Below, piece after piece: positions 39,373 to 49,557 of a DNA stretch of 64,000 nt; positions within the stretch are counted from its first letter, which is position 1; every line of letters begins with the position of its first letter. The translations under genes were made by a program, and so were the position numbers. The notes below the pieces were generated by a model. The model saw only the letters and a list, made by a program, of their open reading frames with translations. It was not told the origin of the DNA and did no database searches. The stretch comes from an uncultured Acidimicrobiia bacterium. GTDB lineage: Bacteria > Actinomycetota > Acidimicrobiia > Acidimicrobiales > JACDCH01. The stretch is taken from the NCBI GenBank assembly GCA_963821725.1, contig CAWGFA010000014.1, positions 48,797-112,796 of the forward strand. Direction: 5' to 3'.

Positions 39373-41530
39373 ATGTCGATCGCCATCACCGATGACCACC
39401 GCCAGCTCGCCGAGACCGCATCCGACTTCCTGCTGAAACGCGACGCACGAGGAGCGGCCCGTGCGCTGCTCGAGACCGAGACCGAGGAGCGACCCGCCTT
39501 CTGGGACGATCTCGCCGACCTCGGCTGGCTCGGGCTGCACATCGACGAGGCGAACGGCGGATCCGGGTTCGGGCTGCCGGAGCTCGTGGTCGTGGTCGAG
39601 GAGCTGGGGCGTGCGATCGCCCCCGGTCCGTTCGTGCCGACGGTCGTCGCCAGCGCCGTCATCGCGGCAGCGGCACCGGACGAGATTCGGTCGCGGCTGC
39701 TTCCCGGGCTCGCCTCGGGATCGACCACTGGCGCGGTCGCGCTCGCCGGCGACGTGCACGTGAGCGCCGGCAAGGCGTCCGGATCGGCAGGCGTGGTCCT
39801 CGGCGGCGCCCTGGCCGACATCCTGCTCGTCGCCGACGGCGACGACGTGGCCATCGTGGACGTCTCCGCGGGCGGCGTCGCCGTCGAGACACCGCCGAAC
39901 CTCGATCCGACCCGCAGGGCGGCGCGGGTGACGCTGAACGAAGCAGCAGCGGAAGTCATCCCAGGCGCCCGTCAGGTCCTGGTCGACCTCGCCCGCACGA
40001 TCTTCTCCGCAGAGGCCGTCGGCATCGCCCGCGAATGCACCGAGCTGGCGAGCGGCTACGCGAAGGTGCGCGAGCAGTTCGGACGGCCGATCGCCATGTT
40101 CCAAGCGGTGAAGCATCACTGCGCCAACATGCTCGTGGCGACCGAGCTCGCGACTGCGGCCGTGTGGGATGCGGCGCGGGCCGCAGCATCGGGAGGCGAC
40201 CAGCTGTCGCTCACTGCGGCGATGGCCGCGACGCTGGCGATGCCCGCAGCCGATCTGTGTGCACAGCTCAACATCCAGGTGCACGGAGGCATCGGCTTCA
40301 CGTGGGAGCACGACGCGCACCTCTACCTGCGGCGCGCGACTGCCCTCGAGTCCATCGTCGATGCAGAGCAAGCCGCCAAGGACGTCACCGACCTGTACAG
40401 GCGGGGCGTGCGTCGTCCTCGCTCCGTCGACCTGCCACCGGACGCCGAGTCGATTCGCGACTCGGTGCGCGAGTTCGTCGAGTCGGTGCCGCGACCTCGA
40501 CGACGCGGGCCGCCGCAAGGCGTTGATCGAGTCCGGGTACGTGATGCCTCACTGGCCGAAGCCGTGGGGCCTCGATGCCGGCGCGGTCGAGCAACTGGTC
40601 ATCGAGCAGGAGTTCGCGGCCGCAGGCATCAAGCGCCCCGCGTACGGCATCACCGGTTGGGTCATCCTCACGCTCATCCAGCATGCGAACCACGACCAGG
40701 TCTCGCGTTGGGTACGTCCCGCGCTGAATCAGGACGTGATCTGGTGCCAGCTCTTCAGCGAGCCCGATGCCGGGTCCGACGCGGCCGGCGTCAAGACGAA
40801 GGCCACACGCGTCGAGGGCGGCTGGCTCGTCAACGGTCAGAAGGTCTGGACGAGCGGTGCGCACGTGAGCAGCTTCGGCCTCGCCACGGTTCGAACGAAC
40901 CCGGATGCGCCGAAGCACGCGGGCATCACGACCATGGTGATCGACATGCACGCCGATGGCGTCGAGGTGCGCCGGCTGAAGATGCCGACCGGCAACTCCG
41001 AATTCAACGAGGTGTTCTTCAACGACGTGTTCGTGCCCGATGACGACGTCGTCGGACCGGTGGACGGAGGTTGGACGGTCGCGCGAGCAACGCTCGGCAA
41101 CGAGAGCGTGAGCATCGGCGGCGGTCAGGGTGGCATGGCGATGCAGCCCGACGCGTTGATCGGACCACTCGATGCGCATCCCGAGCGTCTACCGGGAGGC
41201 GCAGGTCGGGTCGGTCACTACATCTCGAACACGCAGGCGGTCGACGCGCTGAATCTGCGCAGCGCGCACCGCGCCGTCGCGGGCGGCGGTCCGGGCCCCG
41301 AAGGCAACGTGACCAAGCTGGTGCTGTCGGAGAACGGTCACGAGGCCGCCGCGATGCTGGCCGCGCTCACCGGACCGGAGGGCGCCTTCCTCGACGGGGC
41401 CGGCGCCACCAGCGGGATGCTCGTCCTTCTGCACCGAGCGATGTCGATCGCCGGGGGAACGTCCGAGATCAAGCGCAACCAGATCGGGGAGCGCATCCTC
41501 GGTCTCCCGCGCGATCCACTGATCAAGTAG
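39373..41530 (+). pseudogene. fused two-module acyl-CoA dehydrogenase, one frame change
   Basis: Track ORFs 39373..41043 (module 1, ...YAKVREQFGRPIAMFQAVKHH...) and 40169..41530 (module 2, ...CQLFSEPDAGSDAAGVKTKA...GGTSEIKRNQIGERILGLPR) join at ~40487. Confidence 0.75.
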
Positions 41531-41595
41531 CGCTTCGCTCGCGCTTCCGACGCTTGTCATGAAGGACGCCGCGGCGTCGTAGCGTCACGCGCGGG

Positions 41596-42486
41596 ATGAC
41601 GCTTCCGCTCGACCTGATCCGCATCCACCGCCCCATCATCGGGATGTCGGCGGTCCTGTTGCCGATGCTCGATGCGAGGAGGCCGGACTGGGATGCGCTC
41701 GACGCGCATGTCACGCGCACTGTCGCTGCGGGCCTGATCCCGGCGGTCAACATGGACACCGGATATGCGCACCTGCTCGACGCGGGCACAAAGAAGACCG
41801 TGCTCGATCGAACCGAGGCGATCGTCGGCGGCGACTTCGTCGCGGGAGCGTTCCATCTCGACGAAGCGGTCGACATCCGCGGTCGTGGCGCCACGCCCGT
41901 CATCGTTCCGAGCGAGTCCACCTCGGTGCACGACGTGGTGACGTCGTACCGGGCGATCGCGACCACCGTCGATCGCTTCATCGGATTCGAGCTGAGCCCG
42001 CTGTTCCACCCGGCCGGGCGCATCTGGGATCTCGCGACATACAAGGAAGTGCTGCAGATCGACGCGTGCATCGGCGCGAAGCATTCGTCACTCGAGCGTG
42101 AGCCGGAGTGGGAGCGCCTGCGCACGCGAAACACGGAACGTCCCGACTTCCTCGTGCTGACGGGCAACGACCTCGCCATCGACATGGTGATGTACGGCAG
42201 CGACTATCTCCTGGGGCTGTCGACCTTCGCACCGGACTTGTTCGCAGAGCGCGATCAGATGTGGGAAGCGGGTGATCCCCGCTTCTACGCGCTCAACGAC
42301 GCGCTGCAGCATCTCGGCAACGTCGCGTTCCGGCCGCCTGTCCCGGCGTATCGACACTCGGCCGCCCTGTTCTTGCGCTTGCGAGGCTGGACCACGAGCG
42401 ACGCCACACCCGACGGTGTCCCGCGGCGACCGTTCTGGGAGCAGGCGCTGCTGTCGGAATGCGGCGAACGGCTGGGACTCTGGTGA
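41596..42486 (+). CDS. dihydrodipicolinate synthase (DapA)-family-like TIM-barrel protein
   Basis: 296-aa ORF with weak by-eye resemblance to the DapA/aldolase family (SAVLLPM...LIPAVNMDTGY...GAKHSS). Low-certainty family call. Confidence 0.5.
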   Translation: MTLPLDLIRIHRPIIGMSAVLLPMLDARRPDWDALDAHVTRTVAAGLIPAVNMDTGYAHLLDAGTKKTVLDRTEAIVGGDFVAGAFHLDEAVDIRGRGATPVIVPSESTSVHDVVTSYRAIATTVDRFIGFELSPLFHPAGRIWDLATYKEVLQIDACIGAKHSSLEREPEWERLRTRNTERPDFLVLTGNDLAIDMVMYGSDYLLGLSTFAPDLFAERDQMWEAGDPRFYALNDALQHLGNVAFRPPVPAYRHSAALFLRLRGWTTSDATPDGVPRRPFWEQALLSECGERLGLW

Positions 42487-43805
42487 CGGCGCGCCGCTGG
42501 CCACAGATCAAGCGACTCGACCGCGCCGAGGGGTTCCTGGCGCGCCTCGACGAGCTCGGCGTCTCGCTGCCGTTCACCGACCCTCCGGCGGTCGACGTCT
42601 TGGGCCAGCCGATCGAGTTCGCGGGCCGGCGCGCACCGAACCGGTTCGCGATCTTGCCGATGGAGGGCTGGGACGGCACCGACGACGGCCGCCCGACCGA
42701 TCTCGTACGCCGCAGGTGGTCCCGCTTCGGATCGAGTGGTGCCGGCGTCGTGTGGGGCGGCGAGGCGTTCGCGGTCCGCCCCGACGGCCGCGCCAATCCC
42801 CACCAGCTCTGCGCCGGACCGACGTCCGCCGCCGATCTGGCCGAGCTGCGGTCGCTGCTCGGCGACAACCAGGTGGCTGGCCTCCAACTCACCCACTCCG
42901 GCCGTTGGGCCTTGACGCCGCGCCCAGGTCGCAGGGAGCCGTTGCTCGACGCGCGGCGCGACGGCCGTGGATGGAACGATCTCGAGCTCGAGCAGCTCGC
43001 GGACGACTACGCCGCCGCGGCCGCGCTGGCGCACGCGGCGGGGTTCGACTTCGTGGACGTGAAGGCATGCCACGGCTACCTCCAACACGAGCTGCTCGGT
43101 GGCCCGGGATCGCTCGACGAGCGCGCCCATTTCCTGCAGACGACCATCGAGCGCATTCGTGCCGCGGTCCCCGGTCTGGACGTCGGTGTCCGCCTGTCGG
43201 CGTTCGACGTCGTGCCGCACCATCGGGGAACCGACGGGAGCGGCGAGCCCGACGGCGACCCTTCGAGGGCTTTCGGTTTCGTTGCGGCCGACGCGCCGAA
43301 GTTGGTCGGGATGCTCGGCATCGACCTCGTGTGTGTGACAGCGGGCAGCCCGTACTACTGCCCCCACGCGCAACGTCCTGCGTACTTCCCTCCGAGTGAC
43401 GGCTACCAGCCGCCCGAGGATCCGCTCGTCGACGTGGCGCGGCTCATCGACGCGGCCGTGGAACTTGCCCGGGCGGCGCCGTCCCTGACCATCGTGGCCA
43501 GTGGACTCTCGTACCTGCAGGAGTGGTTGCCTCAGGTCGCGTCCGCTCTCGTACGCGACACCGGTGTGGCCGTCGCCGGCATCGGACGCCTCGCACTCAG
43601 CTATGCCGACCTGCCCGCCGACGTGCTCGCGGGCCGCCCTCTCGACGGTCGCCGTTTGTGCCGCACGTTCTCGGACTGCACGACAGCACCGCGCAACGGA
43701 CTCGTGTCCGGTTGCTGGCCACTCGACGACTTCTACAAGGCGCGCCCAGAGCGCGTGACCTTGGCGGCGGCCAAGCGTCGCGCGACACGGAATGCACGTG
43801 ACTGA
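42483..43805 (+). CDS. NADH:flavin oxidoreductase (Old Yellow Enzyme-like)
   Basis: GTG 42483 overlaps the upstream stop (GTGA). NRFAILPMEGWDG...LQLTHSGRW...GFDFVDVKACHGYLQHELLG...GIGRLALSYADLP. Confidence 0.65.
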   Translation: MTARRWPQIKRLDRAEGFLARLDELGVSLPFTDPPAVDVLGQPIEFAGRRAPNRFAILPMEGWDGTDDGRPTDLVRRRWSRFGSSGAGVVWGGEAFAVRPDGRANPHQLCAGPTSAADLAELRSLLGDNQVAGLQLTHSGRWALTPRPGRREPLLDARRDGRGWNDLELEQLADDYAAAAALAHAAGFDFVDVKACHGYLQHELLGGPGSLDERAHFLQTTIERIRAAVPGLDVGVRLSAFDVVPHHRGTDGSGEPDGDPSRAFGFVAADAPKLVGMLGIDLVCVTAGSPYYCPHAQRPAYFPPSDGYQPPEDPLVDVARLIDAAVELARAAPSLTIVASGLSYLQEWLPQVASALVRDTGVAVAGIGRLALSYADLPADVLAGRPLDGRRLCRTFSDCTTAPRNGLVSGCWPLDDFYKARPERVTLAAAKRRATRNARD

Positions 43806-44862
43806 TCGGCCCGTGCGCGGCGTCGCCGTCGCCGGACTCGGCATCGGCATCGCACACGTGCGCGCGCTCCGGCGGCTGCGCGACCACTTCTCGCTGGTCG
43901 CGGTGTGCGATCCGGACGAGTCGCGTTCGTCGCCCGTCGCCGAACGCACAGGCGCCGAGGTCCTGCCCTTCGACGCGCTGCTCGAGCGGGACGACATCGA
44001 GGTCGTCCACATCTGCACACCGCCGTCGATGCATCTCCACCAATGCCTGGCCGCGCTCGCGGCCGGCAAGTACGTCGTCTGCGAGAAGCCGGTTGTCGGC
44101 TCTCTTGCCGACATCGACCGACTCCTCGCCGCCGAGAACTCGTCGTCGGGCCGGCTCATGCCGATCTTCCAGTACCGGTTCGGCAACGGACTGCAACAGG
44201 TCAAGCTGCTCGTCGAGTCGGGTGTCGCAGGGCAGGCCTACACCTCCTCTGTGGAAGTGGCGTGGCGGCGGCGGGCCGACTACTACGCGGAACCGTGGCG
44301 AGGCCGGAAGGAGACCGAGCTCGGTGGCGTGCTCCTGAGCCAAGCGGTGCACGCGCTCGACATGCTCACCTACATCGCCGGGGCGCCGAGGCGGGTCCAC
44401 TGTCGAACGACGACACGAGTGAACCCGATCGAGGTCGAGGACTGCGCCGCGGCGTCGCTCGAGTTGCAGGACGGCTCACTCGCGACCATCTCGGCGACAC
44501 TCGGATCGCCGGAGGAGATCAGCCGGCACCGCTTCCACTTCGAGACCTTCTCGGCGGAGTCGAACACCGCGCCGTATTCGTCGTCCGCCAAGCCGTGGAC
44601 GATCACACCCGACACGCCGGAGGCGGCAACGGCCATCGACGCCGCACTCGCCGGCTGGGTCGACCGACCCGAGGAGTGGCAAGGCCAGTTCCTCCGGTTC
44701 GCCGACGCGCTCGACGCCGGCGAAGATCCACCGGTGACGCTCGCCGACGCGCGAGCTTCCCTCGAGTTGTTGACCGCGCTCTACTGGTCGGCGCACACGG
44801 GAGAAGACGTCACCATGCCGATCGCCGACTCGCATCCCTTCTACGACGGTTGGGTGACATGA
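43792..44862 (+). CDS. Gfo/Idh/MocA family oxidoreductase
   Basis: VAVAGLGIGIAHVRAL...VHICTPPSMHLHQCLAALAAGKYVVCEKP. The start could instead be GTG 43798. Confidence 0.8.
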   Translation: MHVTDRPVRGVAVAGLGIGIAHVRALRRLRDHFSLVAVCDPDESRSSPVAERTGAEVLPFDALLERDDIEVVHICTPPSMHLHQCLAALAAGKYVVCEKPVVGSLADIDRLLAAENSSSGRLMPIFQYRFGNGLQQVKLLVESGVAGQAYTSSVEVAWRRRADYYAEPWRGRKETELGGVLLSQAVHALDMLTYIAGAPRRVHCRTTTRVNPIEVEDCAAASLELQDGSLATISATLGSPEEISRHRFHFETFSAESNTAPYSSSAKPWTITPDTPEAATAIDAALAGWVDRPEEWQGQFLRFADALDAGEDPPVTLADARASLELLTALYWSAHTGEDVTMPIADSHPFYDGWVT

Positions 44863-45650
44863 CGCGCTGGACGTACAACGCGAACCACCGCAAGCGCCCG
44901 AACGTGCATCCGCTGATGGCTCCGTCCGGCGCCGTGCTCACGTGCGACGCGCCGGCGGATCATCCGTGGCACCACGGTCTGTGGTTCACGATCAAGTTCG
45001 TCAACGAGGAGAACTTCTGGGAGGAGATGGCGCCGTACGGCGTCCTCCGTCATGTCGGTCCCGAGACAGTGCATTGGATCCGGCCCGATCGTGAGACGGT
45101 CGTGATCGTCGACCGGCGATCGATCGACGAGGTCGACCTCGGTGTGGACGATGCGTACGCGATCGACTGGACGATCGCGCTCGAGCCCGCGGTCGACGTC
45201 CTGCTCGACCGGACGCCGTTCACGACCTGGGGTGGTTACGGCGGGCTCGCGCTCCGAGGACGGCCCGACTGGACGGACACCCGGCTCCTCCTCGCCGACG
45301 GCTCGGTGCACGATCGCGTGCTCGGCGTGCGATCGGAGTGGTGCGACCTGTCGGGCTCCGTCGACGGGACGACGGCGGGCGTGCTGCTCCTGCACGGTCC
45401 CGAGAACCTGCGCCATCCGGTGCCGTGGTACGGGTCCACGAAGTCGGCGACGTACGGCGACGAAGGCTGGTCGAACTTCGTCAATGCCGCGTTCTTGTGG
45501 GACGAGCCGCTCCGGGTCGCGGCCGGAGACGTGCTGAGGCTCACGTTCCGGGTCGTCGTCCACGACGGGATCTGGTCGGCGGACCGATGCGCCGCCGAGT
45601 GGGACCGGTGGATGCGCGCAGCCCGCGGACCAGGATCGACGGCCCGATGA
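44859..45650 (+). CDS. PmoA-family (DUF6807-like) protein
   Basis: ATG 44859 overlaps the upstream stop (ATGA). HPWHHGLWFTIKFVNEENFWEE...FTTWGGYGGLALRG. Part of track ORF 43905..45650. Confidence 0.6.
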   Translation: MTRWTYNANHRKRPNVHPLMAPSGAVLTCDAPADHPWHHGLWFTIKFVNEENFWEEMAPYGVLRHVGPETVHWIRPDRETVVIVDRRSIDEVDLGVDDAYAIDWTIALEPAVDVLLDRTPFTTWGGYGGLALRGRPDWTDTRLLLADGSVHDRVLGVRSEWCDLSGSVDGTTAGVLLLHGPENLRHPVPWYGSTKSATYGDEGWSNFVNAAFLWDEPLRVAAGDVLRLTFRVVVHDGIWSADRCAAEWDRWMRAARGPGSTAR

Positions 45651-46375
45651 CGTCGGCTCCTCCTTTCCCGGGCGGCATCGGCGTGTCGCATCTACGCGTG
45701 TACGACACGCCCGCGCCAGACGGACTCGCGGGAGGCACGCCGCATCTGCACACCGTGTGCACGGAGGCCTACGCGGTGATCGCGGGCTCGGGCGAGGTGC
45801 ACACGCTCACGGTGTCGGGGTTCGAAGTCACGCCGCTCGAACCGGGCGCGTTCGTGTGGTTCACCGCCGGCACCATCCACCGTCTCGTCAACGGCGGTGA
45901 TCTCGAGATCCTCGTGCTGATGGCCAACGCGGGACTGCCCGAGGCGGGCGATCTCGTCATCACGTTCCCGCCGGACGTCGTGGCCGATGCCGGCGCGTAC
46001 GCCCTGGCCGCGACGCTTCCCGAGGACGATCGGACGACGGCGGGGCCCGGGACATCGGCGCGCGGGCGACGCGATCTCGCCGTTCCGACGTTCCTCGAGC
46101 TCGTCGCCTCCGTCGAACGCGGTGATCCCGCACCACTGCGGCTGTTCCATCGAGCAGCGACCGCGCTCGTCCGGCCCCGGCTCGACGACTTCGAGAAGCT
46201 GTGGCGCGACGGCCCGGTCGCTGCGGTCGAGCGCACCGAAGAACAGCTCGCGGCGCTCGCGAGCGGATCCTCCGAACATCTCGCGACCGCGTCCGTCCAT
46301 GCAATGCCCGTGCCCGACGCCGAACGGCGGCTCGGCTGTTGCGGGACGCTCGGCACCTATGTCGACGCTGGCTGA
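45647..46375 (+). CDS. cupin domain protein
   Basis: ATG 45647 overlaps the upstream stop (ATGA). GTPHLHTVCTEAYAVIAGSGEV...FTAGTIHRLVN. Confidence 0.6.
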   Translation: MTSAPPFPGGIGVSHLRVYDTPAPDGLAGGTPHLHTVCTEAYAVIAGSGEVHTLTVSGFEVTPLEPGAFVWFTAGTIHRLVNGGDLEILVLMANAGLPEAGDLVITFPPDVVADAGAYALAATLPEDDRTTAGPGTSARGRRDLAVPTFLELVASVERGDPAPLRLFHRAATALVRPRLDDFEKLWRDGPVAAVERTEEQLAALASGSSEHLATASVHAMPVPDAERRLGCCGTLGTYVDAG

Positions 46376-47663
46376 ACGAGCCACCGCGTGGGCGGACAGC
46401 GCGTGGGACGAGGCGCGTGGCCTGCTCTGGAACCCGCACGGATCGTTCGACGACGACGGGTTGGCGCCGCGATCGGTCCACATGGTCCCGCAGTCCGCGT
46501 GGTACGCCGTCGGGCTGCTGGCGCGCGGCGACACCGACCGCGCCGAACGGGTGCTGTCGGAGCTGTGCGGCTTGCAATACGACCGGCCCGGGACCGTATG
46601 GGACGGAACCTTCGCCCGCTTCGCCGAATGGCCCGAACCCCCCGAGACCGGTGCAGTCGAATGGGTCGACTACGACCCGAACTGGCGTCAGTTCCTCGGC
46701 ACCACGTTCGCAGTCATCCTCGATGCATTCGACGTGTCACCGCAGCTTGCCGCGCGCCTCCGTGCGGCGATCGATCGAGCCGTCGCCGGCGAACCGCGTG
46801 ATCGAGTCGCGCCGAGCTACTCGAACATCGCCCTCATGAAAGCGTGGCTCGAACGCGACGAGACGTACGCCGCGGCGGTGGTGGATTGCTTCGATGCCTT
46901 CGGCGCGTTCGACGAGTACGGCTCGCCCACCTACTACGGCATCGACCTGTTCGCCCTCGCGTTGTGGCGACGTGATCCGCCGACCCCGGCGTTCGGCGCG
47001 TGGGCCGAGCGGCTGTGGGCGGAGCTGTGGCGCGACATCGCGCGGTGGTGGCATCCGGGCTTGCGCAACCTGTGTGGCCCGTACAGCCGCGCGTACGGGA
47101 TGGACATGACTCGCTACGTGGGATTGCTGGGACTCTGGCTGTCCGAGCCGGTGGTGCCGTCGCTGTCGTCGCCGTTCGAGCACAGTCACGATCTGACGAT
47201 GGCGCCGCTGGTCGCACTGGTCGGCGGCGGACCGCACGACATCTCGTTCGACGACAGTGAACGCGTGGTCGAACAGGTGCTCCCGGGAGGTCGCGTGGCA
47301 ACCGGCTGGATCGCGAACGACGTGATGGCCGGCGGAGAACGGGGCGGAAGGTTCCGCGCCGAGGGCCAATACCAGCCTGCGACCGTCCACTGGGCCGCGC
47401 CCGACGGCTCAGTCGGCTGGATGCGGCTCCGCCATGCCGGCCCACTGTCGGCGACGGCATCGAAGGGCGAGCTGCGTGTGGTCGTGCACGATCATCACCG
47501 ACTCGGGCGTCAGCCCGTCATCGTCGAAACGTCGCATCCGTGTGCGTTCGGGCGTGATCGATGGTCGCTGCCGGGACGCACGATCGGCTACGACGGACCC
47601 ACGGTCGACGCGAGCGGCGTGATCGACGCCGGCGACGACACCGTCCTCGTCCTCCACCTCTGA
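46359..47663 (+). CDS. hypothetical protein (W-rich, possibly alpha/alpha-toroid glycosidase-like)
   Basis: ATG 46359 within track ORF 45987..47663: MSTLAERATAWADSAWDEARGLLWNPHG.... The fold guess is speculative. Confidence 0.45.
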   Translation: MSTLAERATAWADSAWDEARGLLWNPHGSFDDDGLAPRSVHMVPQSAWYAVGLLARGDTDRAERVLSELCGLQYDRPGTVWDGTFARFAEWPEPPETGAVEWVDYDPNWRQFLGTTFAVILDAFDVSPQLAARLRAAIDRAVAGEPRDRVAPSYSNIALMKAWLERDETYAAAVVDCFDAFGAFDEYGSPTYYGIDLFALALWRRDPPTPAFGAWAERLWAELWRDIARWWHPGLRNLCGPYSRAYGMDMTRYVGLLGLWLSEPVVPSLSSPFEHSHDLTMAPLVALVGGGPHDISFDDSERVVEQVLPGGRVATGWIANDVMAGGERGGRFRAEGQYQPATVHWAAPDGSVGWMRLRHAGPLSATASKGELRVVVHDHHRLGRQPVIVETSHPCAFGRDRWSLPGRTIGYDGPTVDASGVIDAGDDTVLVLHL

Positions 47664-47676
47664 GTCCTCCTTTTCA

Positions 47677-47725
47677 TTCTGGCGTCAACGAGTGCGGATA
47701 TGCGCACCGGTTGACGCCAGAACGA
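47677..47725. repeat. hairpin repeat, family B, copy 1 (intergenic)
   Basis: TTCTGGCGTCAAC(47677-47689) ... GTTGACGCCAGAA(47710-47722) form a 13-bp stem around a 20-nt loop that contains its own GTGCG/CGCAC stem. A reverse-oriented copy lies at 63098..63148. Confidence 0.75.
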
Positions 47726-47741
47726 CTGAGGACGTGCGAGC

Positions 47742-48155
47742 ATGCTGCGCGTGCACGCGAAGAGCCGGATCACATGTCCCGGATCCGTGTACACGGCGCG
47801 CTCGAACATCCACGGACGCGGCGTCTTCGCGGCGCGTCGCTTTCACGCCGGCGAGGTGATCGAGGAGTGCCCGATCCTCCCCGTGACCGGCGACCAGGCT
47901 CCGCTGCTCGACGAGACCGACCTCTACGGCTTCACGTTCGAATGGGGTGACGGAGCTGCCGTCGCCCTCGGCTTCGGCAGCCTCTACAACCACTCGTGGG
48001 CTCCGAACGCCCGCTACGACCACGACTACGACCGCGACCTCGTCGTCTACAGCGCAGTGACGGCCATCGCGCGAGACGACGAGATCACCATCAACTACAG
48101 CGGCGACCCCGACGGTCGCATGGAGCTCTGGTTCGACGCTCCCGACCGACCGTAA
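47742..48155 (+). CDS. SET domain protein
   Basis: SNIHGRGVFAARRFHAGEVIEECP...GSLYNHSWAPNARY...IARDDEITINYSG. Confidence 0.75.
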   Translation: MLRVHAKSRITCPGSVYTARSNIHGRGVFAARRFHAGEVIEECPILPVTGDQAPLLDETDLYGFTFEWGDGAAVALGFGSLYNHSWAPNARYDHDYDRDLVVYSAVTAIARDDEITINYSGDPDGRMELWFDAPDRP

Positions 48156-48164
48156 CCTCGGCCC

Positions 48165-48635
48165 ATGCTCTTGAACGGCGTGAACCACGTAGCGATCCTC
48201 ACCGGCGACTCGGACCGTCTGCACGCCTTCTACCGGGAGGTGTTCGACGCCAAGGTTTCCAAAGACGGCTCCGAGGGAGACGACGAAGGCGTCCGCCTGT
48301 CGTTCGTCGACATCGGCCCGTTCACCGAACTGAACGTGTTCGAGATCACGGGCAACACCGAGGCGCAACGGCAGACGCCGATGTTCGGGCGCGGTCGCAT
48401 CGACCATCTCGGACTGCACGCCGCATCGCTCGAGGCGTTCGACGAGATCCGGCGCCGGCTCATCGAGCGCGGCTCGACCGACGGGTTCGTCACCGACTTC
48501 GGACCCATCCTCAGCCTGTTCTTCCGGGATCCGGACGGACTCGAGTGCGAAGTGTGCGTCACGAACCCGAACGTGCAACCCGGTGTCTTCCATCCGCCGG
48601 GGACGAAGGCCGACGGCTACGAACCGGTGTCCTGA
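48165..48635 (+). CDS. VOC (glyoxalase/bleomycin-resistance/dioxygenase) family protein
   Basis: VNHVAILTGDSDRLHAFYREVFDA...IDHLGLHAASLEAFDEI...LFFRDPDGLECEV. Confidence 0.75.
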   Translation: MLLNGVNHVAILTGDSDRLHAFYREVFDAKVSKDGSEGDDEGVRLSFVDIGPFTELNVFEITGNTEAQRQTPMFGRGRIDHLGLHAASLEAFDEIRRRLIERGSTDGFVTDFGPILSLFFRDPDGLECEVCVTNPNVQPGVFHPPGTKADGYEPVS

Positions 48636-48976
48636 CCCGACTCCGCGTCGAACGCCTGCACCAACTTCTTCGGAGCGCGAATCCGCCACGCTTCCGTCAG
48701 AAGCTCCCGCATCTCGTCCTGGTCGACCGCCGCGAACCGGACGAGCACGGTCGGATGGCCGTCGTAGTGCGGCGTCGTGAAGAACTTCTTCGGCTCGGAA
48801 GCAATGAGAGCTTCCTTCTCGCCGAGATCCGAACACCAGACCACGAGCACGTCGCCTTCGTCGCGGACTCGGGCGAACAGCTTGTCCTTCACGCGAAAGC
48901 CCGGCGTTCCATACGACGGCTTCTCGGCGGTGGCCGGCAACGACAGTGCAAGGCGGCGCACGTCGTCCTCGGTCAC
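48617..48976 (-). CDS. MmcQ/YjbR family protein
   Basis: VTEDDVRRLALSLPATAEKPSYGTPGFRVKDKLFARV...FFTTPHYDGHPTVLVRF. The start (GTG 48976) is inferred within track ORF 48617..49240. Confidence 0.6.
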   Translation of the reverse strand: MTEDDVRRLALSLPATAEKPSYGTPGFRVKDKLFARVRDEGDVLVVWCSDLGEKEALIASEPKKFFTTPHYDGHPTVLVRFAAVDQDEMRELLTEAWRIRAPKKLVQAFDAESGQDTGS

Positions 48977-49029
48977 TGCCACGAGCGCCACGGCCCTCAC
49001 GGCCCTCACGCCGTCGCGCAGATCGTTGC

Positions 49030-49557
49030 TCACGTCGTCGCGGGCTTGGGCGGCGGCGGACGCCAGAAGCCGGCCAGCAGCAACAGCGCGCCACCGCCTC
49101 CCGCGAGCGCGCCGATGAGCAGACCGGTCGTGCCGACGTAGTGCTCGTCGAGGCTGATCGCATGGTCGATGGACCAGTCGCCGGGTCCGATCGTCGCCAG
49201 GACGAGACCGACGACCGTGAGCGTCATGACGTACTCCCAACCCTCACCGGGACGGAAGATGAAGAACCCGTTGCCGCGATGGTTGATGATCCACGCCACG
49301 ACCATCACGCCGATGATTCCCGCGGCCGCCAGCGGCGTCAGCAGCCCGAGAACGAGCAACGTGCCCGCGCCCACCTCGGTGAGGCTGGCGAGCCACGCGT
49401 GAACACGACCGGGCTTCATCCCGAGACTCTCGAACCAGCGACCGGTGCCGGCGATCTTGCCTCCGCCGAAGATGTGGTTGAAGCCGTGAGCGAGCATCAC
49501 CCCCGCCGCGCTCAATCGGAACACGAGCAGGACGAGGTTGATCGCGTTGCTGTACAT
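49030..49557 (-). CDS. DoxX family membrane protein
   Basis: MYSNAINLVLLVFRLSAAGVMLAHGFNHIFGGG...GAGTLLVLGLLTPLAAAG. ATG 49557 overlaps the etf stop (TGATG). Confidence 0.75.
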   Translation of the reverse strand: MYSNAINLVLLVFRLSAAGVMLAHGFNHIFGGGKIAGTGRWFESLGMKPGRVHAWLASLTEVGAGTLLVLGLLTPLAAAGIIGVMVVAWIINHRGNGFFIFRPGEGWEYVMTLTVVGLVLATIGPGDWSIDHAISLDEHYVGTTGLLIGALAGGGGALLLLAGFWRPPPPKPATT

